A stretch of 64,000 nucleotides of DNA from Rhodosorus marinus CCMP1338. Its lineage: Eukaryota > Plantae > Rhodophyta. The number at the start of each line of letters is the position of its first letter. Positions within the stretch are counted from its first letter, which is position 1. This document shows positions 46,574 through 59,880 of this stretch, one piece after another. Under the pieces are notes generated by a model. The model searched no databases, was not told where the DNA came from, and worked only from the letters and a program-made list of their open reading frames with translations. The position numbers and the translations under genes are program-made. The stretch spans positions 868,001 through 932,000 of the forward strand of contig JAMWBK010000011.1 in assembly GCA_029953675.1 (NCBI GenBank), given 5' to 3'.

Positions 46574-47494
46574 TCAGACGTATTCAGGGTTGCTCGTGAA
46601 ATCGAGACCTGCGTCTGGTCCTCTGTGTCTAAGGCTCAGTATTGACCGGACATCAGCCACGTTTGCAAGGTTCTCCAGGAGGGGGAGGACGTTGAGCAGT
46701 TGTTCATCTAATGGGTCGTGGGTCCAGGTCGAAATAGGCACTGCGTTGTCCTCCTGAAGCGCATACGAAACCGAGCTGTTGTCGATGATAAGCACCTTTC
46801 TGAGGTCGTTCTGGACGAGCGAGAGGTCTTTCACGCTGCCCAGTTTGGTTGTTAGGCAACTGTCGCGAAAGAAGCGTCCCTTGACCACCCCTCCGACATC
46901 GATCATGTTCACGAGAGGGTCTGCATATTCTCTCGCCGCCGCGGTGAAGATGTAAACATCATACCACATCGCCACCGTCATGAGGAAGGTGCGCAAGTGC
47001 GGTCGTAGGTTGACAGCGAGGACCTCAACATTGTCCTTTGTCCAAAACTCCAGCAAAGCATCGTAGTGCCCATCAAGATCCATATGTGCATGCACAAGAG
47101 TCTCATCCAAATCCAAAACCAGCGCCTTCTTCCCCAAAACCTTTCCCAAGTCGCTCCTCAAGTGGGCAACCTGGTGCACCAAGCTCCCTGCGCCCCCCGC
47201 TACGAACCCATTCGCCACCGAGACACAATCCAGCGCCCTACCAACCCCATCAAACACCCCATTAGCTACCCTCCACTCCAACTCCACCACATCCTTGCCG
47301 AGATCAGCCAAAACCTCATCCACATCTTCGAACCGAACCGCTTTGAACACCCCTTCAAACCTATCCCCGCAGGCCCTAAGATACTCACAGAAAATACTAC
47401 CTGCTCTCACAAAAACCTTCCTCACAAAACCGCTCACGCCATAATACGGTTCCAATCCGGTCACCCTCTTCGGCTTGATCAGTATGACGCTCAT
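46574..47494 (-). CDS. FCP1/SCP (CTD small phosphatase-like, HAD) protein
   Basis: LVLDLDETLVH (DxDxT), LRPHLRTFL, IFTA, KDLS, IIDNS. Intronless ORF. Confidence 0.92.
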   Translation of the reverse strand: MSVILIKPKRVTGLEPYYGVSGFVRKVFVRAGSIFCEYLRACGDRFEGVFKAVRFEDVDEVLADLGKDVVELEWRVANGVFDGVGRALDCVSVANGFVAGGAGSLVHQVAHLRSDLGKVLGKKALVLDLDETLVHAHMDLDGHYDALLEFWTKDNVEVLAVNLRPHLRTFLMTVAMWYDVYIFTAAAREYADPLVNMIDVGGVVKGRFFRDSCLTTKLGSVKDLSLVQNDLRKVLIIDNSSVSYALQEDNAVPISTWTHDPLDEQLLNVLPLLENLANVADVRSILSLRHRGPDAGLDFTSNPEYV

Positions 47495-48239
47495 CTTGCC
47501 TCACTCCTCAACCCCCCTCCCCCCCGAAACTCAGCCTCATCAAATCCAGCCATCCCGAAAACATCCTTGTAGCCCTTCCTCATAACCCACCGGCCTCAGT
47601 CACATATTTATGACAATCACAGAACATTCCACAGACTCAGATAATGTCTTGTCACAGTAAAACCGAAGCCCCTAGGTATCTGCAGAGACCCTGCCACCCC
47701 CTATCGTAACAACTGCAGCCGTTCCAGCTCAACGCACTTTTCTCCGTTCAGTAAATAAATCCAATACGATCTACTGACAAAGAAAACTCAATAAAGACAA
47801 AACTTTTCCTCCTTCTTATCTATTTATATTACCAATTCTATATCTATCTAGACGATGGTTGGCTTGAAAGATTTGTCTGTAGAGTTTCATTGCATAATAT
47901 CTGACAAAGAAGTTATTATTTAAAGTTATTATTAGGAATATTCAATCTACATAAAGATGCGGGAGGGAGTACTGGATTGAAACATGGTTTTTGGGGGGAA
48001 AATTGCTTAATTATAATTCTCGTTTGAAGGAATTAATTTGGGCCTACGTTGATTTTATTTTGGAATTCTTGTGGATTCTCAGAACGGAATCTTGAAATTA
48101 GTGATTCGATGGTGCGTTTTCCTGAGGTAGTACATATGAGTACTTGTTTTGAACTGGTACTATATACTATAGTTGGGTCCTGTTGTAAGTCACACTGTTC
48201 CTAGGATAGCATCAGCCGCCCTGGCCTTCCGAGGTGGGT

Positions 48240-48890
48240 TCCCCTTGCCCCATTATGCTCCCAGAATGAAGACACCGCGGATTTTTGCGCCTACCTGCTC
48301 TCCACTGCCCGGCTGTGAAAGGCACCCGATCCCCCCGACAGATCTTGAACCTGTTGTACCGCGAACTTTGTCCTATAGTACGGCAAGCTGGTCTTGAAAT
48401 TGAACGTGAGAAGCCCTTGCCTGTCGCAGGCAACTAAAATGACCAACTCGTGGTGGCTGACCCCGTGGTCACCTGTGACGATAGCCGCCGTACGACGTAC
48501 GTTGATCTTGCTGTTCCAAATCGTCGCTATTTGCCGGCTGCGGGAGAAGGTCGTGGATTTGCCGCTGCCAGTACGAGACGCCGCAAACACGTGAAATATG
48601 CAGGGGCTTTGTCTTCCCCAGGCATTAGTGCTTCGGCTCTAGCTCATCGCATGGTACCTCTGGTCATTGAGTGCTTTGTGTCCATGGATTCAGTGGGATC
48701 TCATTGGCTTCGGGAGTTGTTCCGCGGACGCCCTGACCGTCTCCCCCTGTTGTTTACCCGTTTACTTTTCTTTGCCGTGGCGCATAAAAGCTGCTTTGAT
48801 GTTGGAGGCGCACGATCTTCGCCGCGCATAGTCATTTTTGCTCCTCGAGGTTTTTCTTTCAGTCCCCAATTAAACAAATTCATTCATTCA
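48240..48890 (+). mobile_element. Decayed 3' fragment of an RLE-type (CRE/R2-like) non-LTR retrotransposon
   Basis: Frameshifted CPxC...HC knuckle at ~48246-48310, then AGLEIEREKP...VVAD...YVDLAV...AAA...RKHVKY...VPLVIECF, which follows the motif order of the restriction-like endonuclease domain. In-frame TAA at 48435. Short (ttca)n run at ~48879-48890. Confidence 0.7.
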
Positions 48891-49750
48891 TATGTCGTTG
48901 AGTTGAGAGTTGCAACCTGGAAGTGTTTATAGATTGAGGGTGGGAAGATGTATTCTTGAAATTTCTTTAATGGCGAGCCGAAAGTGGTTTGGGGAACTGC
49001 ACCGCATGGAGAAGGAAACGCTTTTGGCCAGTAGGTTGGTAAAGCATTTTGGTAGAATGATCTTTGAGCTAGTGCTTGTTTTTGCTCGCTCAGCTTTCTC
49101 TTTTTGCCGGTCGAGAATTGGGCCCTGTCTGGATTGCGAGATGCGATATTCGTGATATATGTGCGTTTCACAGTCCAACCCCGTTCCAGAACGAAACGGT
49201 GACCGTTGCATGGTCGTGCATGCTCCATTGCTGGAAAACTCTCCTCAAGCGTTTCCAGTTTTCGAGCATAACTGGTTTCGTTTACGCTCTAGTCCAATTT
49301 CGATTTAGCAACGAAAAGCACGCACTACGGAAAAGGTAATTCACTTCTAGGCACGCAAGCTTGTGGGGTTGAGGAGGGCAGGAGCGTGGGTGTTCCCTGA
49401 AGGACGCAGCCACAGAACCACTAAGAGTTTCATGCTGAGTCGAGAAATGCCCTCATTTCTCGTTGTGGACTAGTAGGGAGCTCTCTAGCAATGCGTTGCG
49501 TCAAGACCTTCACGTTCCCAGCCTAACCTCATATCCGGGCGGCAACATATTAGAGCGTCGTTTGTGCAGCTTCGCAATATTGTGGTGCAGTTTCGCGAAG
49601 TAGGGTGGAGTATGTCTGCTCTTGATTTAAGGGTACATTCGTGGGTGTGTATAACTATGGATACTCAAGGACCAGGCTCGCTTTTGGAATATCCAAAGCT
49701 GACGTTTACTTTGCACAGATTAGCTACAAGAATTATGTTCAAAGATCAAT

Positions 49751-51316
49751 TCAAGGGAACTGCTTTTGCACGTAAGAGACCCTGAGTTCAACAAAACGAT
49801 CGCAAAGTGCAGAAGTGCATGACCGGATAAGCCGAGGAGCAGTCCCTGGTCGAACCGGAAGCCCCAGGTCAAACGTGTTAGGGGCAATAAGAGTATCGTG
49901 CCCACTGGTAGTATCCTCATCCATGACGGTGACCTCGATCTTGCCGCTGTATGTCCTCGTTCCAAGTGACCTTTCATAGTTCCATACCGGGTTGTGGTTG
50001 CCCCCGATCGTCGGGGTCTTCAGATAACCAATGGAATATCCGTTGGCATTGAAGGCTCTCACTTCAACGTACGGGTCCGATTTACCCGCAAAGAGACCAT
50101 CCCTGTCCGGAAGGTTGTGTCCCTTCACCACTTCAACAGTTATCTCACCATATGGATACTCACAGTTCCGACCGAACCAGCCTCGAGCGCACTCGCACCA
50201 AAAGTCCGAGATGTTGTCAATGCATTTTCCTCCGTTTTGGCACGGATTTGGATCGCACTCGTTGCGGTCGGGAATGAACTCGCTCTTAAACCTCAGCTTG
50301 TAGTCACAGTTACCAGGAGAAGCACAGAGCACGTTGTTCATCGTTCCAGGACGCACGGTCACCAACTGATCATAGATGATGACGTCGTCCCCACTCAGAT
50401 CGTCGCTATCAAACACAGATATTCTGTAGAACATGTAGGAGCCTGGGATAAACTGGTATCTCTTGTTCCAAACGGGCGTGTTATCGTTGCTGATAACGTT
50501 CGTCTGTCTCACGGTCCTGCTTCCGTCCGCGTGGACCGCTTCAATTCTGACGTAGGAGTCCGGTTTCTTTGAGCTGAAACAGCAGGAGTCCTTATTGGGG
50601 AAGTCTTTGCCCTCAATGATGGTTAGAGCCAGCGATCCTTTCAGTCCCTCGGCTGGGCAGTAGTACATTCTGTTGATAGTGTTAATGTCAGCAGCACTGA
50701 GGTCCGTTGCGGTGCCAAGTGGGCGGGAGGCATTGATTGTCTTTTTTCCGTTGCGGCTGAGGAAGAAGCTTCCGTGGTGCATGATAGAATTGTAGTCGTA
50801 GCTGATCCCGTAGGTATCGACCTTTTTCCATGGCTGTGACTTAAACTGCTTCTTGTACTCGTCGCCGACGTTGTTCAGGAAAAGTGAGATGTATGAGGTC
50901 CTCTGCGGATGCACATGCTGGTCGAACAGTCCGATAGCATGTCCAAGTTTGTGCATGACGCGAGCCTTGTCGTCAGAAACGTCGCCAGCGCAATTTCGCC
51001 TAATGTTCACTCTTTGCACTCCACCCATGAATCCAACTTCTTCTTTGTAACATTTAACAGTCTTGGACAGGAATACGATGCGGTTGTTTGCTTGACTGCT
51101 CTGAATGAACAGCAGGCACGTCTCCTCGGCAAATCGCTCAATAGCGCTGCGGATGTCCCGTTTGTCCTGCGACGTCAACGTGGAATGGAAATCGTAAAAG
51201 ACGGCCTTATCGGGCCACTTTTTCGCGTTCGATCTCACTCCTAGTGCTGCGTAGCTGGTATTGATGAGCATGGCCAACAAGGCACACGCCAACACGATCT
51301 TCATTCGCCCGAACAT
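49751..51316 (-). CDS. Secreted astacin-like (M12A) - C2 - EGF - C2 protein, predicted catalytically inactive (copy 1)
   Basis: Signal peptide (M)[18 protein letters not shown], start at 51316 or 51304. [12 protein letters not shown] replaces HExxHxxGxxHE; SIMHH. Two C2 domains (PDSYV/NTPVWN, SDPYV/HNPVWN) flank [14 protein letters not shown]...[12 protein letters not shown]. Confidence 0.9.
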   Translation of the reverse strand: MFGRMKIVLACALLAMLINTSYAALGVRSNAKKWPDKAVFYDFHSTLTSQDKRDIRSAIERFAEETCLLFIQSSQANNRIVFLSKTVKCYKEEVGFMGGVQRVNIRRNCAGDVSDDKARVMHKLGHAIGLFDQHVHPQRTSYISLFLNNVGDEYKKQFKSQPWKKVDTYGISYDYNSIMHHGSFFLSRNGKKTINASRPLGTATDLSAADINTINRMYYCPAEGLKGSLALTIIEGKDFPNKDSCCFSSKKPDSYVRIEAVHADGSRTVRQTNVISNDNTPVWNKRYQFIPGSYMFYRISVFDSDDLSGDDVIIYDQLVTVRPGTMNNVLCASPGNCDYKLRFKSEFIPDRNECDPNPCQNGGKCIDNISDFWCECARGWFGRNCEYPYGEITVEVVKGHNLPDRDGLFAGKSDPYVEVRAFNANGYSIGYLKTPTIGGNHNPVWNYERSLGTRTYSGKIEVTVMDEDTTSGHDTLIAPNTFDLGLPVRPGTAPRLIRSCTSALCDRFVELRVSYVQKQFP

Positions 51317-52229
51317 TCTTTCAGAAAATCTATTCTCTCCTTCTCCTTCGTTGACTTGTTTGCTGTCTCTTCCCAGCTCTTCCTTGATTGTTTGTTGCCT
51401 CAACTCAATCGCTCAGATCACATCGGGAGAGACCAGCTTATATAGGCACCTAGGAGCCGAGCATCCCGACGCGCGTCAGCAGATTTTGGCCTGCTTTCGG
51501 ACAGGTCAACCACCAGTATATCGCCGAGAGTCCATATCCACATGTCAGGGATATCAAGTGCTCCAAAAGTCTACTGTAAGAGGTTCACTCAGACTATTAA
51601 ATTGAGCTAAAACGTAACATGTTCGCTCATCACCATGGCCAAGTTCAAGTCAATACACTGAACTGCTCTCAAGCCCCGGCCCTGATCAACCACCACCTAT
51701 TTCAGTGCACAAAACGTCTCAAGAGTTCCAGTACGCAAAAAAAGCCAAAAAACAACCGTTTGATACATTTCCAGCGCATACCTCGTGTGTAGCAAACCAT
51801 AGCTCGGCTCCAAATCGAGGATCTCGAAATCAGTTGACGAAAGAACGCGATTTTCCGGCTGAAATTGATCAATAATTTTTTAGACATATCTCGTTGTGTG
51901 AACGGCGAGCATTAATAGCATTAATATTTAATCATAAATTTCTTTTCAATATGGCCGTGAACTTGATTGGATTCTAAGGGACAGGTGTGATTCCACTGTC
52001 AGGAAATCGAGGAAATCAGGAGCTTGTAACGGAAAGAAATAATCTCTGAAAAGAATAGTTGTTCTAGTTAGTTTTTAAGAATTGGACGCCCCACTGAGGA
52101 AATTTTGATGCGGCCATCGAAAACCACTTTGGTGGAGATGATTGAAATGAGTTAATATTTAGAAGAACTTACATCGGCGATTGAGGGCTGTGAATCTATT
52201 GGATAACCGAGTTTGGGGATAGAGAAAGC

Positions 52230-52413
52230 TGAAAATTTGGAGATGGATTTGGAGTTTGTTTAGAAGGATTCTATGGCAAACTACAAAAAACTACTTTTGA
52301 GTTGATTCTGTTGGTTGGAGGAAAAGCGAGGTGAAAGTTTGAAGGTGGACTCAGGGTTTGTTTAGAAGGGTTCTATGGCAAAGTTCTAAAAAGTCACTTT
52401 TGAGGAGATCCTG
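52230..52413. repeat. Diverged direct repeat, ~80-bp copies offset by 102 bp
   Basis: gtttgtttagaagg[a/g]ttctatggcaaa...cttttgag at 52254-52301 and 52356-52404. Confidence 0.8.
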
Positions 52414-53671
52414 TGGGTTTGCATGCTTTTTATCTTTTATCGTTGTGATATTGGGTGAGATTCGGGCCCTGACAGGATTTTTGGATTGTAGATGAGACAT
52501 GGCAGATATCGTATTCTTGTAATTTCTGCAATGAACAGCCCAACGGGTTTAACAACAAAGCGGCGACCGCTGCACTGGGAACGCGAACGGGTTGGCGCAC
52601 ATAGATAGGGCTGCAATCTGGTACTCTGACCAACTCTTTCACGTACTACGGAAACAAAAAGGATAAAGGCTCTTTTGTTTTTGGTTCGTGTTAGTACTGT
52701 GCGTGTGTATGGCTGGTGTCATGGCTCCGGGTTAGTGAGGTGGAGGGTGTTCTGTGGTTTGAGACAGGCGCTAGAACTGTGCTAAGGCCTAGTGTAAACG
52801 ACTTTTAAGGTGCTCCTTTTTAAAACTATGCTTGTGTCGTCCAGTTTCAGGTGTAGTTGATGACAAAAGAAAAACACACACACACACACCCCTGACTCGC
52901 ATGACTCGGAATGCCCTCGCCCAGGACCTCGCAGGTTCATTTCTTGATCAACTGTTATCAAGGGACTTCATGTCGGTAAGCGTAGCTCTGAAAGTAGTTT
53001 ACAACAGAAAAGAAGTGTTGGGCGGCCTCGTTTGACCAATCGAGAAGTAAGGACGGTCGGAGTGCATACGCTTGGGAACGGCGAAAGGACAGGGGGCCTT
53101 CGTTGCAAGTGTTTTGGCGGCGAAGGTCGAGGATGTTATTCTAGTTGCTATTTGAGGGATCAATGAATAGTACGAGCCTGTCATTCACCTACACTGCTCA
53201 ACAACTACAATCAATCCCGTTGATAAACTATCGATGCCTCTCTGAAGTGAGGTTGTAATGCACACGCTTTGCTTATCGAAGCTCTCCTTGTCTATTATTT
53301 GCACGTGAGCTTTCTGCTTCCGTGTTTAAACACCGCCCAACCACAATCGCTGGGCTCAAAATAGCTGAGGAGCGAGGGCAGAGAAAGATCGCGGCGGTGA
53401 TACCGTCTAGTGCGGAGTAGAGCGGGTCGTCTATATTTGGAGTTTTTGGGGTTTCCAAATAAAGTTGGGAATCACAAAATCTCAAGGCGGCAGCGGTTGC
53501 CAGGCAAGATACTCGAAATTTTCCAGTCGACTAAATTTGTTGTGAGATTCACTGGTGTTTACTTTAAGTGGCCATCCTGCGAGCATTCGAAAGAGTCATC
53601 GACAGAGACCCAACCACCTAGGAGTTCGTCGATGCACGTAGACTCTACTGATGAACATTCAGTTCGGGCGA

Positions 53672-54329
53672 CTATTTCCGTTTAGGCCCTGTGGATAGTG
53701 TCTCATACACCATGTTGAACGGGGGCACCTCTTTTGCGCTTTCTATAACGTATTTCGCCAGCCAAGAGGAGCAGTGACCATGTTTGGCCGCTGATGCCGT
53801 CATTGCAAACGTGGAAGCGGGATGCTCCACGCTTGAGCAGTAGTTGAGCAGCATGGCTCCCAAAACCTGAAAATTGAAAAGTAGATCCGGGGATTGGGAG
53901 CTTTCCCGGTGTCACCTTGAGGAATACCACGGCAGACGTCGTCTCTGCCCTCGCCCCCTTGACTTAGGGGAATTGGCCTAAAACGTAGGTGAACTTACCA
54001 CGAGCATAAACGTATCTTTCCGAGCTTCAGATGCCTGGAGAAGGCTCCGCCATGAACAAACAAATGCAACAGTGTCGCCCGCCGACCGGACCAAGAGCTT
54101 CCTTAGGAGCAAGTCATCCAAGTGCTCTACTCCATTGATATAAGCTTTCTGTCTGATATGGAAGCACCATCGACATCGCAATTTCCTTCCCGGCTACCCT
54201 AGGCCAAATGACATAGAACATGGGAAATCACCTAGCGGTCCATGTGAATACTAACAAACTTCCTGTCATGGTATCACGAAGACGCCGAAAACGTCCAGTG
54301 CGGGCACGGGTAAGACCACATGCAAATGT
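53672..54329 (-). CDS. Hypothetical multi-exon gene, 3' part; exons 54329-54232, 54152-53999, 53866-53672; upstream exons unresolved
   Basis: A 79-bp GT-AG intron and a 132-bp GTAAGT...TTTCAG intron join three open frames in phase. The plus strand is A/C-rich at ~54660-54840, as seen at other minus-strand gene starts here. No family recognised. Confidence 0.45.
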
Positions 54330-56206
54330 CTAGCCCAGTGACGCTAAAAAGAACAATTGCTCTAATACTTTTTCCCATTCACACTAGGGCTCACAATACT
54401 GAGTCTGACACCATCCTCATCCTAAACTACAAGCAGCTCAACTCGTGACTAACCCTCGCTTCGCACGTCGACTGTAAAGAAAGAATAGTCGCCCCAGCCG
54501 GGGCCCGGACACTTATATTGCTAGCCAATTCCTTCCACGTTGGCCCAGTAGACACCTCGTACCTGCGAACTAAACTTGGAAAACAGGATCGCAATCCTTA
54601 CGGAGGAGGGCATCTCCTATTCAGCATCTAGCCCCATCCGGTACCAAGCTCCTCTACAGCCCTCATTGCCGTTCAAACGATCACGCTCCCAGCCCTAATC
54701 ATCTTCAACACATCCCCAAAAAAAAAAAGATTCTCAGCTCGTGCTCCAATCACCATCTTCTCCATCGATCCCCGTGTTCCAATCACCACCGCCTAACCCC
54801 CAAACTCTTCCGAAATATTATCACCTTTCAATCAAAAATTACCTAGACTTTTGTAAACTATTCGAGTCCTATTCATTCAATCCAGAAAAAAATATCAATC
54901 ATTAACTGAGTTAAAATTGACTGATCAATTTTCTGGTTTTGCTCTGCCCACATTCAGCAAGAGAAATTGTGTGAATAGGCTGCCCCAGGCCGGTTTTCAT
55001 CGCGAAATTCGGTGTACTGGGTTTTTCCGTTGTTTAGGTTGGAATTTTCTATCACCGACGTTTTCTTGGCTGGGGCTCCCCACCCCGCAGCTCACTCTGC
55101 TTTGCTCCGTCAAAGTATTTCCGAATTATGTTTGGAGCTTACATCCCTTAAGAAGCCCTGTCCTGGATCCTGAAAGCTCCGAACAAATCGCGTTCCTCCA
55201 AGAATCGAGGATTCTTTTACTAACTTTCAGTGTCCTCGATTTTCTTTAAGCTGGAGGAAGGGGTATCTGGGGATTTTTGTTTTTTAGAATAATTCCTGGA
55301 TGGGGCAATTTTGTTTTTGTTTTTTTGCGCGATGAACTGTTCTTCCAGAAACGATCGAGCTGACTGGACGGGCACCCCAATGTGTTTTGTTTTACGGTAC
55401 TTTCTGAAGGAGAATCATGCCCTTAGCTGACGAGCGAGGGGTCGGCGGGGTTTCAAAAAAAGGAAGATTATTTGAGGGAAACTGTGGCTTATCCAATCGC
55501 CTTCAGCTGCCCTCTCCTATGGACCAATTGAGTTCAGGCCTTGAAAACTCGCGTGTCCTAATCAACGTTGCCATCTACATTCAACCAAATTTCATAAACC
55601 GTTGGAATTCGTTTCTTAATTCCTCAAAATCCACGGTCTACTGGCGGGTTGCCCTAAACTCGCGAGCAACTAAATATCACATACATTTATACTATAAGGA
55701 GACCAAGAATCCTGCAAAATGTAAACTTTTGAACGCGAATAAACGGTGAGCAAATCCAACCCTCACCGCCATGGGAAAGTCAGAAGGTGAGCAAAACGTA
55801 AATGGTCGAAATGGGGTTGATATGAGCGTTTTAAGTTTTTGGAAATAATTAGCCAATATGGTCGAATTTGGTTTGATGTACCTGTTGAATATTAGATAAT
55901 TTTCCTTTGGGCTAACCTGCGAGCGCTTACAGATTTCTCTCGTTGCATTGGATCACGGTGATGGCCCACGCCTTTCTGCTTAGCTTTCATAGGGCTCCAC
56001 TGTCTCGTGGACGTTCTTGCTGAAGGCTGAGGATGGAGGGTGTGATGTGGGTTTTTTCTCTGTTGTGAATGCGAGGAACGAGGATGGATATATAATTGAG
56101 GTTGGCAGTGGACTAGCTGCGGGTTGGAGCAGAAGGGTTTGTACAGATAAGAGAAGAAGAACTTGTGTTTTTGGAAGAACGAAATTTGTAAGTTATTGTA
56201 ATTGCA

Positions 56207-56782
56207 ATGGATTCGGTTTTGGCATGCTATGAGGATCAGGAGGTCATTAGGCTAACTGGATCCGAGCTGGTTTCGGCTGTTGGTGAAGCTCTGGAGAGAG
56301 CTTGCTGTGCTGATGATGAAGATTATGATTCGATGATCCCGATGTCTTTCTACGGAACTCACAAGCAAACGATGGGAGTGAAGAAGTATGTGTTGAGGCT
56401 TTATGAGTACCTGGATTGTTCCGATGTGGCTTTCATCACGGCTTTGATGTACTTGGACAGGATTCAGTCAGCGAACAAGAACAACAGGCTGACCCTGTTG
56501 AATCTGCATAGGCTTTTCGCTACAGCTGTGCTGGTGGCGATCAAATACCATGACGATGAGCACTTCTCAAATGAGTACTATGCGCAGGTGTTCGGTATGA
56601 AGGGCCTGGAAGAAATCAACGAATTGGAGGCGCTTTTCCTTTCAATGATGGATTTCCGCGTTGGGGTGAGCGAGAAAGAGTACTATTTCTACAAAATGCA
56701 CTTGATACAGTCCCAGATGGAAATTCCTGCCCATACCTCGTTCGAGTTTTGCTCCAGCCCTGTGGCCTGCTCCGCCGCATAA
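56207..56782 (+). CDS. P/U-type (PHO80-like) cyclin
   Basis: YVLRLYEYLDCSDVAFITALMYLDR, NLHRLFATAVLVAIKYHDDEHFSNEYYAQVFG, EINELEALFL. Confidence 0.93.
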   Translation: MDSVLACYEDQEVIRLTGSELVSAVGEALERACCADDEDYDSMIPMSFYGTHKQTMGVKKYVLRLYEYLDCSDVAFITALMYLDRIQSANKNNRLTLLNLHRLFATAVLVAIKYHDDEHFSNEYYAQVFGMKGLEEINELEALFLSMMDFRVGVSEKEYYFYKMHLIQSQMEIPAHTSFEFCSSPVACSAA

Positions 56783-59700
56783 GCACAAGTTCGATGGCTT
56801 GATTGAACTTATTTATCAAACTTGAACATAGTTCCTCAACTTGTACGGATACAACTTTTTCAACTCTGTCAATAAATACCGACTCATCTATCAAGAAATC
56901 AATGGAAAACTCCACCACAACGACCAAAACCGAAGCATTATCAAATCCGCCCTATCGGAGTCTCTAACCCTTCTGCCTTCCTTGCTCCGACCGCGCCCGA
57001 AGAGGATCTTCGCGTACGTCATTGTGCTCTCATGCGAATGGTCATCCTTTTGTTGGAGCACCGGTGCCCTCACTTTGCGGACTGGGCCTGAGCTTGTATG
57101 CGTGGTCTCTGGGCTCTACAATGACTTGGAACTTGGACTGGGGACGTTGCCACTTTGCTACAGTTCGTCGACTGCTAGTGCTTAAGATCAATGAGAGCAG
57201 AAACGTGGAATCTAACCCCGAGCGAGAATGATCACGTCTTGGCCCCCTTTTGCAGACCATCGGATGGGGGTTCGAGAAACACACACTACCACAACTGAGC
57301 TAAGAGTGTAATGGCTAGTTTCTTCGAGCTATACGAGCACGAATGCTGATGGCCCATTAGTAAAACCACCACCAATGCTGATGGGCCTTTCCACGCCCGT
57401 TTCATGGTTGTCCTTGATTATCATCGACAACAAATCCCCGCGTCTTCAATAGGTTGAAACATGAGCTCTTTAGCTTCGATGGATTGTTCAACACAATTGC
57501 AGGTCTCCAATGGACTTGCGGGAGCCGTTCTTGTCGCGCTTGCAGTGCCCTCATCACTGAAAGGGTAAGCTACTATCGACTACTAACGATATAACTGTCA
57601 GCCCAAGCCTCTGAGGACGTCTTGTTTGGGGTCCTCTATGGGATATTTCGGGTACGTCTGATGTATTATTCCATCAGCGAGTGGTAGATATCCTACTGGA
57701 TACCCACAGAGCGTTCTTTTGAGCTTCAAACCCGTCCCAAAACCAACAATCCTGAACTCTCATGAACCAACCAAACTGGTCTGTGATTCGACCAGCCAGC
57801 GAAAACCACGATCAGGAAAGCCGTGATCAAGAGGACGTTGACGCAAAAACACAAAGTAACCATCACTACCACTTCAGGCGACGGACACTAGGGCGGAAAC
57901 CTGTCAGCCGACTCCAAGCCCAGTCGCCCTTCCACCTCGTTCTTCAAAGGCCAACGCGTGCACGAAAGCTGTGGAGATCGGGAGCTGAGGAATCTAGAAA
58001 CAAACCTGATTTGTGAAGAAATACTTGAGATCCAATCAATAGATAAAGTGTGCGCCATGTTGAGTTGAGAAGTGGAGTTTCACTGGGAAAATGGTGCAAT
58101 GTTTCGGAAAGCTGTTTTTATTTTCATTATACAATTAAACAGTAGCAGTAGATTCCTGTCGGGAAGTAGCATTTTTTGGCTGACCGTCCTCAGACGGCTT
58201 GGAGAGATTGAAAAGGGTGAAATGGTTCAGGACTCAGCAAAAACTTTTACAAAAGGAAAGAATGGTGGTCGATGGCAAAACTGGGAGTCGTTTTCGTGTG
58301 TCAATTTTTGTCTAAGAAATCAAAGAAGCAACGCCGCAGGGGTGAATTTTTTTTGAAAGAAGAAAGTGGGAAAATATATTGCAATCCCCTTCTTTCGTAA
58401 TTTCACCCGGCTGACGACGAGATATGAATAATTGCATTATTTTGTTAAAGACTTTCCGTCGCGCTTGATGTTGGGGTACGCACACCATGCTGTTTTTCAA
58501 ATCTTTTTGAAGGATTCACTCCGATAGTCACTTCCTACCCCTCTTGACTGCCTTGTATCCTGCTCTTCCTTGTGGCTCATGGACCACTCCTCCCATAGAA
58601 CTGGTTTTTGATTCTTGATTGCCGCTGCAGGAGCGTGGAACGGACTCCTTACTATTTTCCATTCATTTATCGATGATCCCAAGCAAATCAAAAATTCTGT
58701 CGTCCAACTATCTACTTAGCGTACGATCTATTCTACCTCCAACGTGCATAGACTGTATAGATTTCCATAGGTCTTAGCAGAGTATTAAATGTTTGAAATT
58801 CTTGTGCACGGAGAAGGCTTCAAGCGTGATATTCAAATAAAATTTGAAGCCATACTAAGAGCCAATCGGTCTCCATTCTCTATGGGAACGATCCAATGCG
58901 TTCTTGATCCTCACGTCGTCTCAGAGTAGACTGACTAAGAAGGATAGTAAGACTTTGTGCAGTAGAAAAACAAGTTTAGGCGACGCACATCATATTGTAT
59001 TCCAATTATTTCATACACTAAAACGACCTTTTTGGAACCTTATCCTGGCAAGCACTATCCCCTCTCATAATTGAATTTCGGAAAGTTTTGAGAATGGAGA
59101 AGTACCCCGTAATGAGCTGAGTCATTAGTCTCATCGTTTTGGACTCGGAATTGAGTATATTACTTCCTAGGCGATGTGTGCGCCAAAGAGCCAAAACGAA
59201 CGCCCTACTATTTTGCTTTTAAATTTTCGGGCCAGCGCGTGGTCGTTCGGACTGCAGCGGGAATGAGAAACGGTTAAACTTTTTGTTTTAATCAAGACAT
59301 CCCAGAGCAGTTCACTCAAATCAAGATTGATCCGAACAAATCGCAGGCGCTCGGACAGAGAAAGAGTGCCTATTTTCTTTGTAAATCATCATGGCTGTCG
59401 GGATCTCGCGTTTCGTAAATTGCTTTATCAATAGACTGATCGCTGCATTTCGGCTCTGAGGAACCGACGATAAACTCGTTTTCGGATATAATTTGTTGCA
59501 TTTTTGTGCTCAGAAATTACCTCGTATTTCGGCGCTCCTTATGACTGAATGACGCAATGCTGAGGAGCGTGGTTTTAAATGAGGAAATTATTCTCGAAAT
59601 CTAAATGCCTTTTTGTTTTGTTTTATTATCTTCTCATGGCTGACTGGGTTCGGTATTGAGGAGCCTGTATTGATTGGATGAAATACCATGATTTCCTGAA

Positions 59701-59880
59701 GTTTTTGATTAGGCAAGAATTGGTTTGATCGTTTCAGAATCGGGTCCCTCCAAAATTGAGCATCACTGAAGCGATTGAGGGCGGTATGGTGCCGTTCAAG
59801 AAGTTCTTGGGAAGGGTATTAATAGGTCACTCTGGAGATGGGGTCTTCACGTCTGGTCGGATAGATGGTAGAACAGGTAG

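Noticed and set aside
47491-47553. 20-codon uORF whose TGA overlaps the phosphatase ATG (ATGA)
   Set aside because: Such overlaps are common by chance, the transcription start is unknown, and there is no supporting conservation.
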